Positions 56,371-64,000 of a stretch of 64,000 bases of DNA are shown here, one piece after another. Source of the stretch: Porphyridium purpureum (taxonomy: Eukaryota); assembly GCA_008690995.1 (NCBI GenBank), contig VRMN01000001.1, positions 2,046,001-2,110,000 of the forward strand, read 5' to 3'. How positions within the stretch are numbered: position 1 is the first letter of the stretch; each line of letters begins with the position of its first letter. The translations under genes and the position numbers were made by a program. Under the pieces are notes generated by a model that saw only the letters and a program-made list of their open reading frames with translations, had not been told where the DNA came from and did no database searches.

Positions 56371-59202
56371 ATGACGATGCGGCGCGGCGCGAGGAATCAG
56401 TGTGATCTCGGCATCAGCTTGGTCCGCGCGGTTGCCGTGCTGTTTTGCGTGGTATGGTGCTTGCATACGTCTGCTGAGCGAACAGTGGGTCAGACGGTGG
56501 AACGGCCTGACCCGAGCGAACGAGAGATGATTCAGCCATGGAATCGAGGCAAGCACAACGACGCCCGGTCCAGCAGTCTTTTGCAGCCTCGTCAAATGGG
56601 TCTGCGGGAAAAACGGGAGATCCGGTTTCTACAACATGCAGTCACGAGAATAGAAGCAGCAAGCGAGGCAACCAAGACCGTCAGTTGGCGCCGACAAAAC
56701 AATCCTTACGCCCTTCGCCCTGCCAACCAGGTGAATTTGGCCATGGCCGTGTGCAGTTCGAAAGTGTGGAATCTGGCCGAGGTAGCGCTCAAAAGTATGT
56801 TTCTGTTTGCCAACACGGACCGCCACTATATTATGTACATGTTCGCAAATGATGGCGATGTGGAGAAGACCACCAACGAGTTCGAACCTTTCATTGGAAA
56901 TCTTTTGGATCAGTTGCCTAATCTTTCCTTCGAGCTGCACGTGGTGCCGGCGTCGAGCGACAAGGAGACAAACTTTTTCAAGCCATGCTCCGGACAACGC
57001 TTGTACATACCCCACGCCTTGCCGCACGTGAACAAGCTCTTGTACCTGGACGCCGACCTCTATTTTCTCGACGATGTATCCAAGCTGTACGATATGTTTC
57101 GCAGCTGGACTCCTGACATGTTGCTCGGAATGAGCCCGGAGAAATCGGACAAGACGCAGGCATACCTAAAGTATTGCAACGCCGGTATAGCCATGATGAA
57201 CTTGGAAGGGCTTCGGAAGTTTGATTTGCTAGCCTTCTCAAAGCATCTCTATACGAGCGGCGCGAACTTACCGTTCTTTGATCAAGACATTTTCAACCAT
57301 GTGTGCGCCGATTCGAAGCCTCCAATGTCGAGATGTTTTCATATGCCCTGTAGCTGGAACTACAGAACAGACCACTCCTGGACACCCGGGTGCTCACACA
57401 CCGTTAGTCGTGGTGGTAAGGTTTCTCTCATCCATGGAAACAGGGCCCAGTTTCTCAAGGAAGACGTTTCAGGACCTCTACCGCATCGGGTCCGCCCTTA
57501 TTCTCGGCTTGCCAAAAAGCTGTGGGAGGTTCTTCTCACGTGTCACCCGCTTCTCGAGTGCCCGTCAGGCCTCATGATTGCAGCTCGGGATGCCGTGATG
57601 AACGAGGCAGACCCTTGCGAGTTCGATGATCCATACGTTTTGGAGCAACCAGGTGCAGAATGGAAGCCGACGACGACGTGGAACGTGAGCGATCCGGCCG
57701 ACACACATTTGCTCTGGAAGTTGGCGAATGGCACGTGTGTAAACAAGCGCCTCTTCAATCAGTTAAAAGCGCAGGTCGACCAATATCCGCGCAGGCTCGC
57801 AGCGATCAGAGAGGCAGACGATGGCATGAATCTTCGCGTTTCGAGCATGATACGACGTGATCAGTGCGGTTCATGGCAGTACGGACCGATCGGAAAGCGC
57901 AACATTGGGCAGGTACCTATTGGAGCCATCTTTTCTTCACACGTGCTTCGTGCGTACAGAGACACCAGCGTCAAGTATGAGGCAGCCCTTTTCAGTGACC
58001 TTGAACAGAATTTGCACCTTGGCAAGGACGTGATTCAGGACTTGAGCCTTGCAATTTGGATTCACGAGACGAATGAGCAATTTGTGTGTGACAATGGGTA
58101 TACTGCGGGAGTGACGCGTAATGTTGTGATTACTTGTCCCATCCGTCGCGACTCACCCACGGAGCGACACTTGGAGGCTCACTTCCGAGTGACGGCCGAT
58201 CTCCTTGTCGTCGGTACCAACCGGCGCATCAAGAACATTGGGCTATGCTTGAATGAGCCTATCCGAGCAGCTGTCGAGCCTACGGCGCAGGTGCTAGAGC
58301 GCGCATTGCGCGAAAAAAAACCTGAAAAGCTCGCAATGTGTGTGTACGTGCGCAATCAGCGCTGGCGACTGATGGAATGGTTATCCTTTTACCTTGCGCA
58401 AGGTGTGAATCACATCTACATCTACAAGAACGAAAATGATGATTTCACGGAATCGTTTGTGAGCCATTTAGTGAAACAAGGCAAAGTCACGATCGTGCAT
58501 TGGGCGCACACATGGTGCGGCGTGCCGTACGATCGCTCGCAATACACTGCCGTGAATGACTGCTTCTGGACGCTTCGCTACAAATACGACTGGGTGGGAT
58601 TATTTGACGTAGACGAACTTTTTGTCTCGAAAAAGGAGTCGGAAAAGCTCGTAGACTTTGTGGAGCGACCCGAATTCGAGCAAGTTTCTGTGCTGGATCT
58701 GAAGACCAGAAAGCACTGCTTCGACACGAGCAAAAGTTTACCGTCAACCATCAAAGAAGAAGGATATTTGAGGCACCTGGCGTTCCGCAGCGAGAAGCAG
58801 GACAACAGGAAGAACATTGTGCGACCGGACCGAGTCGATTGGGGCTGGTTACATTCCGTCCGTTCCTCGACTGGGAGGAGCAGGAAGGTTTCATTTGATG
58901 AAGCCGAGCTCTTGCACGTGCAGGCGGTCGAACTTGCCGAAGCGCTCGGCTTTGAAACTTGGCTGGGCCACAAGGTAGATCCTTCGTGCAATGTCTCCCT
59001 GGGTTCGAGCCCGGCAACACGCGTTGTGCCTGACCTCCAGCAACGCGTACGACAGAACTGGCAGCTGGCCAACCGCTCTTGCTTCCAGCATGACCAGAAG
59101 CATTGGGACATCTACTACTTCCAGCAGAACCGCGACTTTGAGGGCACGCAAGGTTGTTTGCACCGCTCATCTCGTGAATGTTGCTTGTCCATCGAAACCT
59201 GA
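56371..59202 (+). CDS. Two-domain glycosyltransferase: GT8 (GXYLT-like) fused to GT92-like
   Basis: TM anchor; FFKPCSGQRLYIP..LLYLDADLYF..NAGIAMMNL..FDQDIFN..CSWNYRTDH..LIHGNR (GT8); then CGSWQ..LMEWLSFY..FDVDELF (GT92). Confidence 0.9.
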   Translation: MTMRRGARNQCDLGISLVRAVAVLFCVVWCLHTSAERTVGQTVERPDPSEREMIQPWNRGKHNDARSSSLLQPRQMGLREKREIRFLQHAVTRIEAASEATKTVSWRRQNNPYALRPANQVNLAMAVCSSKVWNLAEVALKSMFLFANTDRHYIMYMFANDGDVEKTTNEFEPFIGNLLDQLPNLSFELHVVPASSDKETNFFKPCSGQRLYIPHALPHVNKLLYLDADLYFLDDVSKLYDMFRSWTPDMLLGMSPEKSDKTQAYLKYCNAGIAMMNLEGLRKFDLLAFSKHLYTSGANLPFFDQDIFNHVCADSKPPMSRCFHMPCSWNYRTDHSWTPGCSHTVSRGGKVSLIHGNRAQFLKEDVSGPLPHRVRPYSRLAKKLWEVLLTCHPLLECPSGLMIAARDAVMNEADPCEFDDPYVLEQPGAEWKPTTTWNVSDPADTHLLWKLANGTCVNKRLFNQLKAQVDQYPRRLAAIREADDGMNLRVSSMIRRDQCGSWQYGPIGKRNIGQVPIGAIFSSHVLRAYRDTSVKYEAALFSDLEQNLHLGKDVIQDLSLAIWIHETNEQFVCDNGYTAGVTRNVVITCPIRRDSPTERHLEAHFRVTADLLVVGTNRRIKNIGLCLNEPIRAAVEPTAQVLERALREKKPEKLAMCVYVRNQRWRLMEWLSFYLAQGVNHIYIYKNENDDFTESFVSHLVKQGKVTIVHWAHTWCGVPYDRSQYTAVNDCFWTLRYKYDWVGLFDVDELFVSKKESEKLVDFVERPEFEQVSVLDLKTRKHCFDTSKSLPSTIKEEGYLRHLAFRSEKQDNRKNIVRPDRVDWGWLHSVRSSTGRSRKVSFDEAELLHVQAVELAEALGFETWLGHKVDPSCNVSLGSSPATRVVPDLQQRVRQNWQLANRSCFQHDQKHWDIYYFQQNRDFEGTQGCLHRSSRECCLSIET

Positions 59203-59648
59203 CCGATGAGCGGGCGCTCTCAGCAGCCGAGACGTTTACTGTACGTCACGGAAATGGCATCTTCCATAGAGAAACTCGTCGTGTCGCCCTCGTTCGGGCA
59301 TGAGCCTCCGTGGCCTTGAGCACGATACACACAGCGCCGCCATGTGCCAGCGCGTCCGGCGCGGGCCGTTCGGATTGAGGTAAAGAGTTCCCTTTGATGT
59401 TCATGGAAACTTGTGTGCCGCACGTGCGCTTGTGTGTGAGTCGTGCAAGGTTGTACTGGGGAACCCCATGTGCCTTTGCGCACACCCCTCGTGGCGTCGC
59501 GGCCTTTCCGCGCTCAGCCTCTTTCTCGACCGCCATCAACAAATGCCTGCATCACTGTACCCCGCATGGACTGTACTTGCGCGTGTGGCGCGTGGCGCGT
59601 GTCCGAAGTTGGCCAGTGGTCGCGCCTGTGGCTGCTGAGGAAAGTGCC

Positions 59649-61061
59649 ATGAACGCGACACGAAGGGAGGCGGACAAGGCTCAAGCCGCGCTGGGCCGCA
59701 TGCTCCGGCAGCCGCGCGTCCTGCTTGCGGTCGTCGCGGCCGGCGTCATGTTCACGCTCAGCATGATCATGTTGGCCGCGTCCATGGGCGGAGCCGGACC
59801 GCGCGGCGCGCAATCGCAGGGCGATGTCGCGCGTGAGAAGACGGGAGCTCCGCTCTTGGGTAACATATTCTCGTTTGGAGCGGATGTGCGCGTGATGAAG
59901 CAGCATGTAGCGGTCCAGCCAATTGCTGGCGCCCAGGACGCGTCCAGGGGCGTCGCGTGGCGGCGAAAACAGATTCCTGCCGCAAAGCAGGTCGATCTTG
60001 CTCTTGCAGTGTGTAGCTCAGGCGTATGGAATCTCGCTGAGGCCGTGTTGAAAAGCATGTTCTTGTTTGCGGCCACCGACCGTCACTATGTGCTCTACAT
60101 GTTTGTGATTGACGGCGATGTGGCCAAAACGGCTGATCACTTTGAGGCGGTCATCGAGGAGTTTTTGGATGAAAAGCCGCTTCTGTCCTTCGAGCTTCAG
60201 GTGCTCCCGGCCTCAAGCGACAAGGAGACAAATTTCTTCAAGGTCTGCTCTGGCCAGCGGTTGTACATCCCGGACGCCCTGCCACATGTCGACCGTTTAC
60301 TATACCTCGATGCCGACATCTTGTTCCTCGACGACGTATCTAAAATGTGGGATATGTTTGATCAGTGGACGCCAAACATGCTCTTTGGGCTGAGCCCGGA
60401 GAAGTCCGACGAAGTGCCTACTAATTTGCAGTACTGCAATGCCGGCATTGCAATGATGAACTTGAAAGGATTGCGATCTTTCGGACTTCTAGCGTACGCC
60501 AAGGACCTGTACACACGCAAGGTGCCCCTGCCATTCTTTGACCAGGACATTTTTAATCGGATTTGCGCTGAATCGGATCCAGCTTGGTCAAGATGTTTCC
60601 ACCTGCCATGCAGCTGGAATTTCCGCACGGACTACATTTTCACGCCCGGATGCTCCCACTCCAGCCGACCAGGTGGCAAGATCTCCCTGATCCACGGAAA
60701 TCGCGTTCTTTTTCTGAGAGAAGAGGCCACGGGTCCTCTGCAGCACCGCACTCGCGCGTTCTCATCCCTGGCGAAGAAATTGTGGGAGGCACTAGCTGCT
60801 TGCCGTCCGCTCAGTTCGTGTGCGGGGAAGATGCTCAGTACCGCAGAAGAGCACGTGCGGAATGAACGAGAGCCGTGCGAGTTCAAGAGCCCGTACTTCC
60901 CGGATCTGGACGCCAAGCCGACAACCGGATGGACCATTCCGAAACCAGCCGATGGCAATGTGTTGTGGAAATACGCGAACGGGACGTGTGTGAATTCTCG
61001 CTTGGCGCTTCAACTCAAGGAGGCTGTTGACGCCTCGAGGGCGAAGCTAGAGAAGAGCTAA
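59649..61061 (+). CDS. Type II membrane glycosyltransferase, GT8 (GXYLT-like xylosyltransferase)
   Basis: TM anchor; FFKVCSGQRLYIP, LLYLDADILF, NAGIAMMNL, FDQDIFN, CSWNFRTD and LIHGNR motifs. Confidence 0.9.
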   Translation: MNATRREADKAQAALGRMLRQPRVLLAVVAAGVMFTLSMIMLAASMGGAGPRGAQSQGDVAREKTGAPLLGNIFSFGADVRVMKQHVAVQPIAGAQDASRGVAWRRKQIPAAKQVDLALAVCSSGVWNLAEAVLKSMFLFAATDRHYVLYMFVIDGDVAKTADHFEAVIEEFLDEKPLLSFELQVLPASSDKETNFFKVCSGQRLYIPDALPHVDRLLYLDADILFLDDVSKMWDMFDQWTPNMLFGLSPEKSDEVPTNLQYCNAGIAMMNLKGLRSFGLLAYAKDLYTRKVPLPFFDQDIFNRICAESDPAWSRCFHLPCSWNFRTDYIFTPGCSHSSRPGGKISLIHGNRVLFLREEATGPLQHRTRAFSSLAKKLWEALAACRPLSSCAGKMLSTAEEHVRNEREPCEFKSPYFPDLDAKPTTGWTIPKPADGNVLWKYANGTCVNSRLALQLKEAVDASRAKLEKS

Positions 61062-61223
61062 CTGATAGCCTTAGAATTTGCAATCTTGGCCTTGAAATTA
61101 GTACACAGAACTGTCTAGTTGTTTTTCTGTAATCGCGACTCGAATTTAACCCCCAGCACCTTTTTATCGTCTGGATCTTGTTCAGGGAGTTTTTGGGCAG
61201 AAGCACATCAAAGCACGTGGACG

Positions 61224-62237
61224 ATGGACCGGGACAAGGAGGCGCAAGCCGTGCTGGCACAGTTCGAAGACGTGGAGTATGAACCACTAGAGCTTGACTG
61301 GATCGAGTACCCGAGCTTATACGCGCGCGTGTTTGGGTTGCTGCGAAAGGTCAGCAATGCGCAAGACATGACCTGCGTGGAGCTCTCCGAGCGCATGTTG
61401 GATTTAACGACCGTCGCTCTCAACTTGAACGCGGCTGACTTCTCAGTGTGGACGTTACGGAGGTTCATGCTGTCGCGCGTCCCGTTGTGCAGCCGCGCGC
61501 GCTGGCAAAGGGAGGCGGAGCAGTTGTCTGGGCTGATGATCAAACAGCAGAAAAATTACCAGGTTTGGAACCATCGCCGCGCTGTGGTGCTCGCGCTCAT
61601 CGATGACGTGATTTCTAAAAAGCAATGCGTCGAGGACGAAAAGGCCTTCGTGGAAATGGTCTTGCGCGCATCGCCCAAAAATTACCACGCGTGGTCGCAC
61701 TTGCAGTGGCTAGTAGGCGTGAGCGGTGACGCAGAGGGCGAGATGGCATTTACAGAGCGCATGCTGGATGACGACTACAGGAACAACTCTGCGTGGAATC
61801 ACCGCTTCTTTGTATTGGGTAGATTTAAGAACCAGCAAGCGGTACGAAATGATATTCCTTTCGCACTTTGCGTCCTGCAAAAGGCGCGCGACAATGAGAG
61901 CTGTTGGAATTACCTTCTTGCACTTGCCGGCCTCGCTGGCGATCTCGAAGCATGGAAAAGCGTCAAGGCGCAGGCCAGTAGCATCGTCGACCAGCTGCCT
62001 GGCCAATCTCTTGATTCAAAATGTCGGAGGGTTGAAATTCTGGCGCGCTCAGCGCTGGTACGATGTGGCGAAGCAATCGTGCAACTTTCGTTCAGCGACG
62101 ACGAACTTGGTCACGTGAGGGTACAATGTGCTGAACTCGTGCGCCTGGACTCCATTCGCACCCAATATTGGGCTTGGAGGGGTTCCGAAATGGACAAAAT
62201 GAGTGGGCGAAGGACCACAACCACAGCACATTCGTAA
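61224..62237 (+). CDS. FNTA: Protein farnesyltransferase/geranylgeranyltransferase-I alpha subunit
   Basis: PPTA repeats: NAADFSVWTLRR, KNYQVWNHRR, PKNYHAWSHLQW, RNNSAWNHRFF, NESCWNYL; terminal DSIRTQYW. Confidence 0.92.
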   Translation: MDRDKEAQAVLAQFEDVEYEPLELDWIEYPSLYARVFGLLRKVSNAQDMTCVELSERMLDLTTVALNLNAADFSVWTLRRFMLSRVPLCSRARWQREAEQLSGLMIKQQKNYQVWNHRRAVVLALIDDVISKKQCVEDEKAFVEMVLRASPKNYHAWSHLQWLVGVSGDAEGEMAFTERMLDDDYRNNSAWNHRFFVLGRFKNQQAVRNDIPFALCVLQKARDNESCWNYLLALAGLAGDLEAWKSVKAQASSIVDQLPGQSLDSKCRRVEILARSALVRCGEAIVQLSFSDDELGHVRVQCAELVRLDSIRTQYWAWRGSEMDKMSGRRTTTTAHS

Positions 62238-62307
62238 GGCGAAGCATCGCGATGCATCTATAGCTTAAGCTTAGATATTTGAAGCCATTCGTCGGGTCAA
62301 GCGAACA

Positions 62308-63756
62308 CTATGTGTTGGTACTTTTGAAAAGCTGGAAGACTTTGCGCATTTGTGTTGACATCGCTAGATCTGCAAGCTTGCTTTCATGAACCCAGCGCCG
62401 TGGAGTCTCCCCGCTGACCCCCAGGCTGCTGCCAAGAGCTTTCTCTGGGACTTCCACCGCCCAGACCATGACAGTTTGACGAATGTGGGAAAAGACATGC
62501 ACAAAATTACCGAGAGCGCGGATCGTTGGGACTCCGGGTGTGTCCTGTAAGTCAAAGGCCTTTGGGTCGAGACCACAGCCGATCCGATTCAAGAGATCCA
62601 ACAGCCGGCTATTGATATCTTCTGTCGTTGTGTTATGGTCAACAACGGCTGGGAACTCCCAAAGACCTGCAAGGAGGCCCTTGTCTGGCCGCTGTGTCAC
62701 CAGGAAATGACCATCCTTGCCCACAACGATGCAGCACAGCAGTGTTTCCTCTCGCGCTTTTGCTTTTCGCGTCTTGTTCGGATACTTTAGAATAAGTGAA
62801 ACATCTACTTCCGGTGCCGACTGCGCCTCTTTGTATGCACGGCACTGCGCCTGGAGAGGACATGCGGAGCATTTCGGCGCACGTGGCGTGCAGATTGTTG
62901 CGCCCAAGTCCATCAAGGCCTGGTTGTAGTCGCCAGGCCGGCTTTCAAGACCCTTCATCATCTCTGTGGCGAGTTGTTGAAATAGCTTTGCCCCTTGCGT
63001 CGAGTTGGCAGCCACGTGTCCCACACACAGGAGGCGACTGATCACGCGAATCACATTCCCATCCACTGCCGCATTACATTGGTTGAAAGCAATGGAAGCA
63101 ATTGCGGCAGCCGTGTAGGGGCCGATGCCTGGAATTTTCAGAAGCTGCTCGTACGTTGTTGGTATTTGACCTTGGTGCACGTCCGTTACGTACTGCGCAC
63201 CTTCGTGGAGCATTTTTGACCTGCGGTAGTACCCCAACCCAGCCCAGACGCCATTCACCTCATCCAAACTCGCGCCAGCCAGCGCGATTACTGTTGGAAA
63301 GCGCTGCATCCATCTGGCAAAGTAATCCACCACTGTGCCAACTTGTGTTTGCTGTAACATGATCTCCGAGACCCATATTGCGTACGCGTTTGACGCGTTG
63401 CTTGCAGCTTTCTCGCCCGGCGGCGTTCGCCACGGCAAAGCTCGAAAATTCCTGTCGTACCACCCCAGCAGATTTCTCTGCACGTGATCTGCCAACCCCT
63501 GCTCCACAGAAACATCAACTGCCGACGGTACTTCAAGAGTCTTCACCTGACGGCGTTTCGCGTCTGACAAAATCTTCGACTTCTTGGCACGAGTCTGCGT
63601 CTTAGCGGGCGGCGCCTTCTTTTCTGCTGCCGTACGTACTTGGCTAGCAACTGAGCGACTTCTGGTTTGCGGTGCCATACTGTATGTTGATCTGACGAAC
63701 GCCAAGTAGAGCAAACCACTCCTGTGTCGGTACCTACTCGTGCATTGGCACAGCAT
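62308..63756 (-). CDS. MUTYH: Adenine DNA glycosylase MutY
   Basis: LPWR, WVSEIMLQQTQV, WAGLGYYRR, HhH IPGIGPYTAAAIASIAF, VDGNVIRV, 4Fe-4S CTPRAPKCSACPLQAQC, NUDIX-like GLLAGLWEFP and HVFSH motifs. Alternative ATG at 63678. Confidence 0.96.
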   Translation of the reverse strand: MLCQCTSRYRHRSGLLYLAFVRSTYSMAPQTRSRSVASQVRTAAEKKAPPAKTQTRAKKSKILSDAKRRQVKTLEVPSAVDVSVEQGLADHVQRNLLGWYDRNFRALPWRTPPGEKAASNASNAYAIWVSEIMLQQTQVGTVVDYFARWMQRFPTVIALAGASLDEVNGVWAGLGYYRRSKMLHEGAQYVTDVHQGQIPTTYEQLLKIPGIGPYTAAAIASIAFNQCNAAVDGNVIRVISRLLCVGHVAANSTQGAKLFQQLATEMMKGLESRPGDYNQALMDLGATICTPRAPKCSACPLQAQCRAYKEAQSAPEVDVSLILKYPNKTRKAKAREETLLCCIVVGKDGHFLVTQRPDKGLLAGLWEFPAVVDHNTTTEDINSRLLDLLNRIGCGLDPKAFDLQDTPGVPTIRALGNFVHVFSHIRQTVMVWAVEVPEKALGSSLGVSGETPRRWVHESKLADLAMSTQMRKVFQLFKSTNT

Positions 63757-64000
63757 CTGGCAGCACTGCGCACCAGATACGAGCCCGCACGGGAAGAAGC
63801 GCAGCGATTCGCCTTGCGCACGAGCCTTCTTTTTACCTCAGACGTGCGCACGCACAAACAAGCAACTGTGGACATGTAATGATCTTCGCAATTAGAACCG
63901 ATAAACCACTAAACCGATGGCACGAGATGGGCAATGGCGGCGGCGGGGGAGGACGCTCGAATGTGTTTGGCGTGTGCGGAAGGATGGCAAGCGTGCAGAC

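Noticed and set aside
1..64000. Prokaryotic origin, operons, CRISPR arrays or rRNA
   Set aside because: Gene content (PEX10, ERGIC3, YIF1, FNTA, LTR element) is eukaryotic; no repeat-spacer array or rRNA signature was seen.

Overview
Gene-dense, GC-rich eukaryotic nuclear DNA with no visible spliceosomal introns. It is most likely from a unicellular red alga of the genus Porphyridium. This is an inference from the gene at 51828-53486 (recognised from memory as the Porphyridium 66-kDa cell-wall glycoprotein), MAF-type plastid transit peptides and a red-algal-type Hint protein. The window holds about 30 single-exon CDSs, one tRNA and one intact, recently inserted copia-order LTR retrotransposon (35948-41269, AATAG target-site duplication). 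Main highlights: (1) a four-gene block at 51.8-61.1 kb comprising the cell-wall glycoprotein, a GT92-like gene, a GT8(GXYLT-like)+GT92 fusion and a stand-alone GT8, a candidate LARGE-like two-domain glycan copolymerase system; (2) a tRNA-Gly(CCC) with a 14-nt D-loop intron in a bulge-helix-loop structure; (3) a retrotransposon with no TGG tRNA primer site but a perfect 22-bp palindrome across the U5 boundary, a gypsy-like integrase and an LVDD RT motif; (4) a secreted Hedgehog-type Hint autoprocessing protein; (5) a nuclear-encoded bacterial-type RNase P protein (RnpA-like); (6) an NRAMP and a RelA/SpoT homolog with altered signature residues. All family calls come from reading motifs by eye; no database search was run. 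Start codons were moved to the most plausible ATG where the ORF track used GTG/TTG or overlapped a neighbouring gene.
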